Part shown: positions 24,645 to 36,318 of the stretch, piece by piece | How the letters are laid out: each line of letters starts with the position of its first letter | Numbering within the stretch: the stretch's first letter is position 1 | Origin: Moniliella sp. 'wahieum' | Lineage: Eukaryota | Direction: 5' to 3' | Assembly (NCBI GenBank): GCA_003971905.1 | Contig: RSEE01000042.1 | Coordinates: 62,001-126,000, forward strand | Length of the DNA stretch: 64,000 bases | Made by a program: the position numbers and the translations under genes | Notes under the pieces: generated by a model | What the model saw: only the letters and a program-made list of their open reading frames with translations | Told to the model about the DNA's origin: nothing | Databases searched by the model: none

Positions 24645-27600
24645 TCACGCTCTCGCAGTCCGAGTCCGAGTCGAAATCGGTATGGGACGAGGCGAGGGTT
24701 GTAACGGTCGAAGCTGATGTGCGCACGAGGGAAGATCGTATGGGCAGAGTGGTGGCCGGAACCTCCAGGGCAGTCGTACCTTCCCCTTCCCTTTCTCCTT
24801 CCCCATTTCCTTCCCCTTGGAGAATGGTGGACCCGACCCGTGCGTTCGCGACGTCGGACAGAACGGGGTTGGTACCCACACCAGACCGGGGGCCCAAAGG
24901 CATTCCAGAACCCACGGCAGGACGAGCCTGCTCACCCAAAGAAGGGCCAAACGGGGTCTGCAAACCCGTTGGCGACGAAGCAAGAGCATACCCAAGAGCA
25001 TACCTAGGACCAGGACGGTACCCAGGACCTTCGTCTGGGACACAGCCAAGGCAGGACGATTGAGTCGTTCCAACATGCTCATCAGACGATCCGTTTCCAC
25101 CTGGGCTTCGTGCTCCGTCATCCCGTCCCACTGACTCCGCCGCGGTCGCGGTCACGGTCACGGTCACGGTCGTGATGGGAGACAGGTACGGGTCCACGGA
25201 TCGGGTCCCACTCCTGGTCCTGGTCCTGGTCCTGGTCCTGGTCTTGCTCCTGGTCCGGGGCAAAGTTCGTGCCCTGGGGCTGGGCGTGGTTCTGGTGCGG
25301 GACCCTGAGGGCCAAGGACGAAGCGGGGTAGTCTGTGGGAGCACGGGCTGAGGCAGCTGTGCCAGCTGGGGAAGGGTGAAGTGACCTGTCTGTGCGCGTG
25401 CCAAGCCGGCGGAGAGGAGGAGCCCAATAGACGGCCGTAGCCTACTTGGCTAGCGAGCCAATGGGGGTCATTGTCGAGCGCACTGAGCATCAGTGCGCCA
25501 GCGGCCGTCATGAGACGTGGAAAGGCAGGTGTGGAGAGGAGGCGAATGAGCAAGGCGGTAAAGTCGGTGCGACGTGAAAGGATCACGGTCCGGTCCTGGT
25601 AGGGTGGAAAGAGGAATGTGCGTACGATGGCTCGAAGGCCAGCAGGGACAGAGGTACTGTGCTGCGATCGGACGGGTAGTGTGCTGGGTGTGCTTACCCC
25701 TTGGCCCGTTCCTGTTGCGCGCTTGGGATCGTGTTCTTGTCCTTCTTGTTCTTCTTGTTCTCGTTCATTCTGTTCCTGTTCTTGTTGATCTTGTTCGTGT
25801 TCTTCATCTTGTTCTTCTTCCTCGACCACCTTGCGGAGCAAGGACAACAACGAAGCCAGGCCCTCCTCCACATCTCTCACGCCATCCATCTCGCACATAC
25901 GCTCATTGACGTACACCGCCATCCCGTCGTCTTCCAAACAGACAGAAGCGGAAGAAAGAGAAGAAGGAGGGGAAGAAGAAGAAGAAGCACCCATCTTGGG
26001 CCCGGAGCTCGACCCAACCAAGTACCGCACCACCGACTGTTCCAACAACGTCATCAACGCCAGAACAAACCCCGGTGGTCGGGCCTCGCGCCGGCCCGGG
26101 TCAGGGTCAGCCGGCTTGGGCTCAGGCTCCACTTCCGGTTTGGGTTCCGGTTCCGATTCCCTCTCGGCCGAAGAGGGGAGGTGGCACGACCGTCGTTTGC
26201 GCGGGTACGGCGTATGTTTCTGCGCGCGGGCCAAGAGGCAAGCGGCCAAGCGTCGTGCCGACGACGGTCGCGCCGAACGCAAAGGCCGGTCGTGATCCTG
26301 GTTGTGGGTGGAGTTGTGCTTGGAGTTGGAGTTGGAGTTGGAGTTGTGATTGTGGTTCGTCGCAAGTGACTCCTTGGTACTTGGGGGGACGGTGGGCGCT
26401 GTCGCAGCGGTTGCCCGGGATGGGTCGCGTGGGGCAGGGGAGGCGGAGGAGGCAGGCAAGGCGGGCGAAGCGGGCGCGAGGGGAGTGGTGGGCGAGACGG
26501 GCGCGAAACGGGCGAAACGGGCGAAACGGGCGAAACGGGGAGACAGAGACGACGGGCAAAGCAAGGGGCCAAGAACCGCGGGGGACGACCATAGGGTCCC
26601 ATTGAGCTGGCGAGCGCCATGCCGAGTCCAGTTGACCCAGGGGGAAGTTGAGTAGGGCATTGATGGTGTAAGTGAGGAGCGGGGTAAGCGGTACCGTCTT
26701 GGTCCCTGCCTCGTCTCGAACTGAGGTTGGGGCCGTACTGGGTCCAGGCCACGCCGAGGGCGAGGGCGAGAGAGAAGGGTCGGTAGGAGTGCAAGTAGAG
26801 AGGGAGGTGGCTGGGGTGGAAGACAGGGCGGTGGACACAAAGGATAGCGGTGGTTCCCGGGCCGAGCTAGTTTGGTGGATAGCCTGTGGGGGTACACCAG
26901 CAGTAGGCGGGCTGAGGACCGTATCGGTAAAAAAGTGGACGAGGATGGCCAAATTTCGGCCCAGTCCGTCAAGTGCGGAGGCTGGGGCGGGCAATAGAGC
27001 GACACATTGAAGAGCAAGCGCAGCGTTTCGGACAGGGCCGAATCGGCAAGCTCGACAATGACAGGTTCCGAATCGGGCAGGGTGCGGAGGCTGGTGCAAA
27101 TCCGGGTGGAGGAGAGAGAATGTCGCGCACGCTGCTCAGTCCGTCGAGTTCGTGGACCAGGACGGAATTGAATTTGAGGCGAAAGGGGGTACTGAGGAAC
27201 AAGACGCGCGCGGCGAGGAAGGCAGCGTCTAGGGCCGAGGTAGCGCCGCGGGGGCCTGGCGCATGGGCTTCAAGCAGGAAGCTAAGATGTCAGTGTGCTT
27301 AGCAAGCACGACCGGGTCGGCCTGGGAGGGAAAGAAGATGGATTCCAGCAAGGACGCGACGGGGGAGAGGATGGCGAGCACTTGGGCTGCGCCGCCAATC
27401 CCAGGCAGGGGCGGGGCATCGGAAAAGGGGGCACGGAGGTCCTGATGAATGAGGAGGACATTGTTGATCGTTCGCAGCGCCGAGTCGGCCACGGCCCAGT
27501 CGTGCGGGGTGTCGGGGCCAAAGTGGGCGAGGGGCGCAATGCGGGCGGCGAGGCGGGTAAGCGCTTGCGAGGAGGCGAGGGGCTGGGTGCCGTCGGGCAA

Positions 27601-27822
27601 GCGGGTGAGGAGCTTGAGGAGCGCCATGGCCTCGATGCTGGCGGCGGGCGGGGCGGCGAGGAGCATGTGGGCGAGGGCGGGGCGGCGGGCGGCGGGGATG
27701 CGGTGAAGCTGGTCGGGGTTGGCCTGGACTGCTGCGCACAGCTCCAACACGGCCTCGGGGGGCGGGGCGGCAGAGGAGGCGAGGCATGCGTCGAGGAGGC
27801 GGGCCAAGCTGGGTGCGCCCAT
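24645..27822 (-). CDS. RIC8: Ric8/synembryn G-alpha guanine nucleotide exchange factor and chaperone
   Basis: ADSALRTINNVLL, FLAARVLFLST, LRAIVRTFLFPPYQDRTVIL, LLIRLLSTPAFPRL, WLASQVGYG and the C-terminal MTEHEAQVETDRLMSMLERLNR helix are Ric8 hallmarks; stitched across several frameshifts. Confidence 0.88.
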
Positions 27823-30155
27823 GATGCTGGGCGGGGGCGAGGGAGATGGGGATGGGGATGGGGATGGGTGGAGCAGCAGCATGGCGGGTGGGGGGGGGGG
27901 GGGGGGGTGGCGTGGCGGTGGCGGTGGCGGTGGCGGTGGCGGGTGATGCTGGCTGGGCACGCAGGCAGGACGAGGGCGATGGATGACGATGAGTCGATGA
28001 CGTTGTGTGGGTCGCAGTCTCATTCACACGTGCCAAAGTAACGATCGGGGGCAGGTGGCAAAGACCGGGCCAGGGAGCAAGGAGAGCGTGGGTGCAGAGC
28101 CCCGAATTCGGAATGTGGATCGGGGGCGTTCGAAGGCAGGTTCGAGGCTACGGTAGCTTCAAGCTGCAAGTCAAGGCTGGAGTCGAGCCGCAGCGGATTG
28201 GCGTCAGGCCTCAAGCAGTGTGTCAGCGCTCGGGCCGAGTGCTCGGGCTGAGTCGCCGAGCACAGCGACATGTGACAGCGTGTGGCCACTTGTCGGCGTT
28301 GTCTCTGTCACTCACATCAGGGGCACCGCGTCGCGCATCGGATCCGATGGCCCATTTCAGATGGGGATCTCTGTCAGCCTCCCGGACGGTGATCGCCACC
28401 CCACCCCGCTCCGATCTTGGCGCCTTGGAGAGAGTGTTGAGGTCGAGCGCTTGCGGAGGCCAAGGGGGGTGTAGGCTGGTTACCGGTTGCCGGCTAGAGG
28501 GACTAGCTTCACTAGGCCACTAGCCACGCCAAGATTCAAAATTCACCAGGGAAGACCCAGGGAAAAGGGATTCATCGATGCGCGTTGGACGCTAGGCGGG
28601 GTTACTATGTAACGCGCAACACGTCATGCATCATTGGCTGAATGGCCCGGAGGGGCTAGTGAAGCTAGTGACTAGCGTAGGGTTAGCCCGCCAACCGATC
28701 GGCTGCGGAGCGCAGCAAGCGTCGGGGTGCCGCAGTTGGCGCCACAGCGGCCACCGCACAGCGCTTGGATCGCAGCACCCAGGCTGAGTCAGCAGCTGCG
28801 CGCTTTCTCGCCATGTCCGATGCGCGGGGCGCCCTCTCCAATCTCCGATGGCCTCCGCGGCGGGCTCCGTGCGTGTGCGAAAGCGATCATGGTGGGTGCT
28901 GCTGACGCCCAACGCCATCCGACGGGCCCCGAGGCTGCCCAGCACGCCTTCTCGGCCGAGAGCAGGCACAGGTGTGGTGCAGCAGGGTACAGCCGTGGTA
29001 CAAAATCCCCGCCAAGTACTGGACCCCACTATGCCACACCATCCCCACCACCAGGGCGCGTGACGCCTGTTGTCACATGCCACCTTGATGCACCTTACGC
29101 CCGCTTACGCGTGGCCCAGCTTAGCTCAGTTTTCTAGCCTGCCCATCGACCATCGCTCCTCGATCGACGATATCAGCTCTCATCAACCGTGGAGCTTCAA
29201 GCTCCAAGCTTCAAGCTTCATATAGCATAGGTCCTTACCCGGAGCCTCACCTCCTCACCGCCTCACCGCGCCGTGAATAAGCTAAAGCTTCAAGTCAAGC
29301 TTGAGGTGTTTTAAACAGGCACCCTTCAAGCTCCAACAGGCGTTTAGCTCTCCGTTGGTTGTTGTCTTTTCTGCTCAGTACCAGTACTCTGTACCAGTAC
29401 TCAGTATGCGTCTCAGTTAGCAGTTCGCAGTTCGCAGTTCGCATCCAGTTCTTGATCTGAGAGCTGAGGTTCACTGTGGCTAAGTGCCGAGTCCAGCTGC
29501 AGCCCCCCCAGCGCCAGATCCTCCACCAGCCCGTTCCTCTCATTGGCTGCTCGCCCCGCCCGCGCCCTCTGACCGGCTGGCTTAGCATCCATCGCAATAC
29601 CCAACCGCAACTGCATACTATCACTTGTCGCCATTGCACCAACCCAATCCGCTTTCACCGAACCGATCGAATCCTCCAAGCAACTCGCTCCCCATCTTCC
29701 CTTGCACAAAGCAACAGGCCAGAACTAGGGTTCCAGCTTCCAGCTTCCAGCTTTCAGTGGCTTGGTAAACTGTACCTGTTACCTCTTGGCTGGGATGGTA
29801 AGCTTGGTCGGTAGACATCATACATAGTATAGCCTCGGTAGACATAGTAGAAGGGATAGAAGGGATAGACATAGTACAAGGGGTAGATAGACATAGTAGA
29901 AGAGTAGAAGAGTAGAAGAGAGGGGCCTCGGTAGTTTGGGTCTCCACTCGTACTCACTATAACGAAGCGAAGCGCGCATGGTGGAGGGTCGAACCAAATT
30001 TCAAAGGAGAGATGCGGGGGTGGAACTTGGAGATAGCCGGTACCCCCCTCCCCAACCATGCACCAGAAAACACTTCCAGTTTGCCATAGCAATCGCTATC
30101 TAGAATGCAATCCAATATGCATCCAACGCAATGCAACGCAGTCCAAAGCAAGCCA

Positions 30156-31668
30156 CTACTCTGTGCCGGTCCACTCGTAGCGCAAGCGGGACTGCAAGTC
30201 CTCGTTGCATTGGCTACGCGCCCGACTACCGAGGGGGTACATCCGCTCCCCCCGCCCCCCGAGGGGGTGGACGGAGGACACCGCACCGCTCCGGGCCGAA
30301 GTGGCGCCGTAATCTTCTTGTTGCGCATCATGGCCAGTTCAAGCGAGAGCATGTAGAGGTACTGGCCATTGGCTCTTCGAACGCATCCGTGTCCGTGTCC
30401 GTGTCCAAGTCTGAGTCCAGGTCCGGGGCGGTGCTCGTGTTCGCGTCCGTGTTCGTATCCGGATCCGTGTCGACGCAGCGCCGTCCCGCCCCCAGCCCGC
30501 TCCAGGCCATGGCCAGGGTTTGGGCCAGGATCAGGATGGCGGTGGGGGAGAGAAACGAGTGCGGCGTGTGTGGCGCGGGGAAGAGACGGTGCAGGGTGAA
30601 GGAGGAGGGGGGAGGCAAGGTGAGGCGGGTGTTGTCGACGACGAGGATGGGATGTGGATGGGGATGAGAATGGATGTGGGTGTGGGTGTGGGTGTGGGTG
30701 TGGGAGGGAGTGCAAGGATGTACGAGCGGGGGGGGAAGATGGGTAGCTGAGTCGGCTTGTATGGGCCTGGTGCTGAACCTGGACCGGGACCTGCACCTGG
30801 ATTTGGACCTGGACCTAGACCTGGACCTGGACTTGGACCTGGGGCGGTGTTGGACGTGGAAGTGGTGCTGAGTGTGGGCAGGGCCTCTGGATCGGGAAGA
30901 GCCCTCGAGGGTTCAACGTGTGCAGGGGTGCGGTCCATGCTGGGATTGTAGTTCGATCGAGCAGGGTGGGAAGTGGTACGACAGTTAGAGCACGAACACG
31001 AGCACGAGCAAGAGCAAGAGTAAGAGTAAGAGTAAGAGTAAGAGCAAGAGAAACAAGAGGATACCAATGAGATGTCCCTGTGGTGGCCAGGACGGAAGGA
31101 GGAAGCGGGGGGATGTTCCCGGACCCGCTCCTGCTCCTGCTCCTGCTCCCACTTCTCCTTCGTCTTGGCCTTGGCCATGTCCTTGGTCTGGGCCGTACTC
31201 TCCACCTCCTGCGACCAGGACGAACTACGTTCGTGGCTAGTCTGCCTACTCAGTAGCGGAGCAGCCGGTACGCGGGCGGGCATCGGGGCCACGGACAACC
31301 CACGGTCCCTCTGCCCTCTCCATCCCACTTCCCCTTCCCCCTCCCCTTCCCCTTCCCATCCCCTTTCCCTTCCCATTCCCTCTCACGCCCGATGCAGCGA
31401 CCTGGGCCTGATGGGGAAGACGAGGGATGCCTCTTGGTCAGGTAGCGTGTGTGCCAGCGGGGGATGGGTCTCGACGGCCGGGACAGTGACAGTGACGGTG
31501 ACGCAGACTGTAGCAACGGTAGCACGTGCGGGAGAGCAGGGGAGGAGCATGCGTGCGGGTGGCGCGGGGGAGGAAGAGGGGATCAGGCCCAGAGGGGTGG
31601 GCCGTGACGGGGAGGGTAACTCAGCCAGGGGCACAGACGGCACGGGGAGGGTAGTCGGGAAGGTAATG

Positions 31669-31700
<32 letters not shown>

Positions 31701-32488
31701 ACCGGGGATGGGGACGGGGACGGGACTTGAATTTGAGAGGGAGAGCATGCTGAGGACGGGGCCAAAGAAGGTAGGCAACGAAGTCCAGACACCAGAAGAG
31801 GCTGTGTCGCGTCGCCCTCGGGGGAGGTCGGAGCCGTTTCCAAGGACGAAAGGGACGATGCAGGGGAGACGGAAGTGGGTCCGCGCGCGGCTCGTTGACT
31901 GTTGGCGGGGGAGGGGGACGGGGGGGGAAGAAAGCGAAGAAAGCCACTCTTCCTGCACGTGCACGTCTGGGGTAAATGTCTCCCCCTCGGACGGGGAGGG
32001 AGGTGGGAAAGTAGGTGGGGAACGAAGGCTAGGTGACGGCGGAGTGGGCGCACTGACCTGCAGAAAGGGGACTCGGTAGGGGACCCTGCAGAGCAAAGAA
32101 GAAGAAAGGAGAAAGAAGGAAAACGGGTTCCCCTGTGCTCTGCTAGGGCAATGGGCACGGTGCGGACGGAACCTGGACGAGTTGAGGGGGTGCCGAACGG
32201 GCGAAACCGAACAGGGGAGGACGGACGCAGTCACTCGTGGAGGACCAAGGGACCCTGCTGCCACCGTTGGGTGGGGGGGGGAGGGAACAGGTTCCCACAC
32301 TGCGCCAGGAACAGGTGCTGTGTCGGGGGTAAGGAAGCAAGGGAGGACAGGAGGGCCGACCAACGCGGCAGCGGTGGTGGCAACAGGAACGTCGGTGGCC
32401 CAACTGCGACGGTTGGCGGGCGGGCAAAAAGGTCCTGGTCGTGGGGGGGCAGGTGGGACGGTGGGAGGGGTGGGGCAATAGGAGACAT
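30156..32488 (-). CDS. Hypothetical Pro/Ser-rich protein with short C-terminal conserved-looking motif
   Basis: Chain of overlapping minus-strand low-complexity ORFs ending in QYLYMLSLELAMMRNKKITAPLR and ..LRYEWTGTE*; start uncertain. Confidence 0.5.
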
Positions 32489-33927
32489 GAAACGGGTCAG
32501 GAGTCTCGGGGGGGCGTGGTAGTGGTAGTGGTGGCGGGGCGGGAAGGAGACACCGAAAGACACACCCGCCTCGGGGCCAATACAGCAAGCGTCGGACGAC
32601 GGATGGGGTGGGCGTAAAGGGAGGGAGGGAGAAGTGAGTGGTGGGGATGGGAGGGCCGGCTCAAGGGATGACGATGATGGATGAGGAGGACAAGCGCAAG
32701 GTTGAGGCAGTGGAGAGGAGTACAGCAGAGTAACCCGCCCAGGGGTATACCACTGTGGCGTACCCCAGAGTGGGACCTGAGCGCCTGAGCCTGAGGCCTG
32801 TCTGAGGGCCATGTAGAGCCCATCCACCTAGGCTGGCAGGGGGCTGGACTGCACCAACCACACAGGTCTGGCGCCTAACCTTAAGTCTTAGGTCTGGTCT
32901 CAGGACGAGGTGGATGAGGCCGATGAGGCGTCAGCGCGTCAGATTGCGCTCGGCAGGTCTTGGGGTGTACCCGTGATTGACGAGTGATTGATGACTCGAC
33001 CCTCGCGCCCACGACGGACAAAACGCGGCGGCTTGTCTTTGGCAGCGGGGAATGAAACAGGATGATGAGGGCGTCGGAGATGCTCGGGGCTGGCTACCAG
33101 ACAGACCAGTAACTGGCTGGACCTGGCTGGACTAGTGAGGGCTAGCAAGGTCTGGTAATTTAAGGCCGGTAACATGTAACAGGTAACCGGTATCAGGCCT
33201 CGGGGCCTCAGGGCGCCTCAGGATCCTAACTGGCACCAATTAATAATTGCCTCTGACATGGAGCTTGGCGATACGGCAGTGGCTTGTTGTATACGGCAAG
33301 GTACGCTACCCAAGCCCCCATGGTCCCCCCAACCGAGCGCAGTGTCCCCGTATGAGCCCTAGTGTCCCTCTCCCAGCCCTTCCAGCTCCCTCCTCGGCCT
33401 CTCTGTTGAGTCCGTATCGTTCCCCAGGGTCACCGGTCACTAGTTCCTGCTCACTCTCGGTGGTCGCCGGGACGGACCAATATGTCAATTCGTTTCAAAC
33501 TGCGTAAGCCCCCTGTAACATGCAACCGACTATGCCTGACGCAATGCTTGAAGTTAATGGATTCTGAATGGATTGTCGGCCCCACCAGGCCCACTCAGTA
33601 CTGAACTCAGTACTCAGCCAAGCCAAGCCCCAGCAGCGCCCAGACCAGCTTGCCAGTTTGCACCATCCTCTTCTTCCTCTCTCTCTATCGATGATCGAGC
33701 CGCGCCGAACGACGCTGCCCAGCTTCCGCTGAGCGCTGAGTCACTGAGTGACGCACTAGCCGATGTGACATGTGATGACTCCACCTGCAGCAGCACACCT
33801 TCATCACACGTGTCACGGGAGATTACGTCAGTCATTTGCGCTGTTCGACTCTCCCTCGTTCACTTGCAGGGACTCGTGACGGTAGGTTGGTCTCCGCCCC
33901 TTATTCTATGTCCCCCCCGTGATGCAT

Positions 33928-34760
33928 GTCAATGCGCCATAGCGTGGACGACAAGTATGTTGTAGCGGACGAGATGCCGCTCCGCTCGAAACCAAGGTCG
34001 ACGCTCGTGACCAAGTTGGTTAGGTACGAGTTGGGTGCGCAGACGCAGGTTGACGAAACAGAAAACGAAAACGAAAACGAGCGCTACATGATCAATGGCA
34101 AGCGCGAAGCTGGTCGTCTACGCGAAGTGTTGGACGTGTTCATTGGCAAGGGTATGTTTGGGGGGGCATGCAAGATCCCAGAGCCCGACCTGCAGTGGTT
34201 GTCAAAGGCCCAGAAAACCTAATCCGTCGTCCCTGCAAAGCTTGTGGTGCTGCCGACTTGGTCGACATGCGGCACCAACTCACCGTATTCATGATCAACC
34301 ACCCGCCTTCCAGGCGCAAACAAGGGTTCAAGGGAGGCAGCAAGGACGGCAGCCCCCATGTCGGAGACGAGGAGGAGGAGGAGGAAGCCGCTGGAGGTAC
34401 CTTCTCCGCTGGATCGGACGATGGAGATGGCGAAGCAAATGGCTACGGATGGAGCTACGTTGCCATCGGCCAATGTGCCGCAACCTGCAGGAAAAGCACC
34501 TGAAGGCGCTCTTGGGTGGCTTGGCGCGTTTGGCAGGTATGGAACAACCGCCGGTCGTCCCGCTTGGAGAGCCCAAGCTGCTGCTGTGTTGTACCAACGG
34601 GACGTGATGGACGATGGTTATGAGCTTGTCGAGAATTACGAGGGCACACAGATGCAGCAAAAGCATGTCGACAAGAACATCTCTAAGAAGGTTGGTCGTT
34701 CTGCTGCACCTTTCTGCAGTGGCTCAAAGAGGCCGACAACGAGGCGTCGGGGGAAGAGTC
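33928..34760 (+). pseudogene. TIF5: Degenerate, internally deleted copy of translation initiation factor eIF5
   Basis: VDDK..MP, ELGAQT, RYMING..AGRLREVLDVFI, CKIPEPDL, CKACG..VDMRHQLTVFMINHPP, then W2-domain remnants KALLGGLARLAG, LYQRDVMDD, KHVDKNISKKVGRSAAPF, LQWLKEAD. Confidence 0.85.
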
Positions 34761-35154
34761 AGTCGCGGGTAACTTTGGTAGCGGCCACAGGCGTGCGAGC
34801 TGGCCATGGCTCATGCACCACCCATCTGATGGGGCCTCATCAACTCATCGATCATCATCTCATCGGCATCTATGATCGCCCCTCCAGGCGGCCAGCAGGC
34901 TTGAAGCGCACCTGGGCCGACTAAAAAGAAAATGAAATGAAATAATCCCATTCCGGCTGGGAAGCTGACGATGGATGACCTCAGTTTGGGCGCTGGGCGG
35001 GGCGGCCGTTGTACCGCGAGGGAGGCCAGCATCCTTCTGCCGCTCTTCCATCCACAAGGTTCAGGAGGGGTATCCACGTCCCCTGCCGACCGCCCCCCTG
35101 GAAAGCCCGTTTGACCGCCGACTTCCCTACTCTCCACCTTGTTCCTGCAGCACC

Positions 35155-35759
35155 ATGGCGAACCAGGTACGTGGTCCTTCTGGTCCGAAGGCGCGGGCGC
35201 GGGCGCGAGTGGGAGCAGGCGGGAGGCAGCCTGCGCTTTCTCCTCGAACGGCAAACGGCAGGAGGTGGGGGGACTAACCTTGTCTTTGGATACTCTTTTT
35301 GTTGTTCTTCTTCTTGTTGTGTGTGTTTCGCAGGACCCACCTAGGTTAGAGTACGCCGAGCCCTCTCCATTGACGACGGGGAGCTGATTGAAGTCAAGCC
35401 CAGTCGGGTGGGCCGAGTACTATGCTGCGATCAAGCAAATTTCGCCCATCGAGGACGCCAAGAACTTTACCAAGATGCCCTGTGCGGCGAGCTCGATGTT
35501 GATGGGACTCTTGACGGGCGGGTCGGTGTTTGGGATTACGTTTATTACCGGCAGGCCGTTGCCGTCGGCGATGCGCTGGAGTGTGTCGGGCTTTGCGTTT
35601 GTGTCGATTGCGATGCACTACCAATGCGAGCGCGACCGGATCCAAGAACGTAACCGCATGCAGTTCATTGTCGACCAACTCAACCAGGCTAGTCACGGCA
35701 AACGCAACCTCACAACAGGGCACAATGCCGTGGCTGGTCAGCGGCAAGAGGGCGAGTAA
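35155..35759 (+). CDS. COX20: Cytochrome c oxidase assembly factor Cox20
   Basis: Exon 1 ATGGCGAACCAG, intron 35167-35333 (GTACGT..CTAAC..CAG); KMPCAASSMLMG, two TM helices, C..R..E...M pattern of Cox20/FAM36A. Confidence 0.85.
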
Positions 35760-36318
35760 CCAGGCAGACCCCCTGGCCCAGGTGGCTTGAGGCCTGAGGG
35801 CCTAAGACCTGACCTCTCGTTCCGTCTCACTTCGTCTAGCAAAGCCAGCGCTACAAGTTTGGCCTCAGGCCTGACCTGGCCTTCGAAAGCATCCTGCCAC
35901 TGCACCTCTCGTGGGCATATTGGTGGGATACCCAACATACATAGTGCACCGACGCATCTATCTGTGCTCCGAGTCGAGCGCATAGCATAGGTGGTTCTGG
36001 GCGGGTAGGTGTGCTTGCGCGACTCTCTGGCCGGTCCGAGCTGGGTTGGAGACCTCTGTCCCGTCTGGCGAGTTGAGAAGGTAGATCTGCCTCGATTACG
36101 CCGCAGCCTGGGGTGGGGGAGGTGAGCAGGGGGGCGTAACCGGTGATGCGTGTCGAATGTGCGGTGACTTTCGCGTTCCGCCCGTTCCGCCCACAGTTCC
36201 GCCCCGCTTGCTGGTCTGGCTGGCCAACTTCTAAACGCGGGTTTGTTTTTGGGGGGGGCAGAGCAACGCGGCGGCCATCTCCACTTCCACTCCACCTCTG
36301 CCTCCACCTTGGGCGGCA

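Noticed and set aside
28502..28669. 14-bp inverted repeat ACTAGCTTCACTAG as MITE termini
   Set aside because: No TSD, and CTAG/AAGCT motifs are abundant locally, so a chance match is likely.
35385..35387. In-frame TGA in COX20 exon 2 as readthrough or selenocysteine
   Set aside because: One missing and one extra C in nearby C-runs give a sensible stop-free reading (PSPIDDGELIEVKPVGW), so it is most likely an assembly error.
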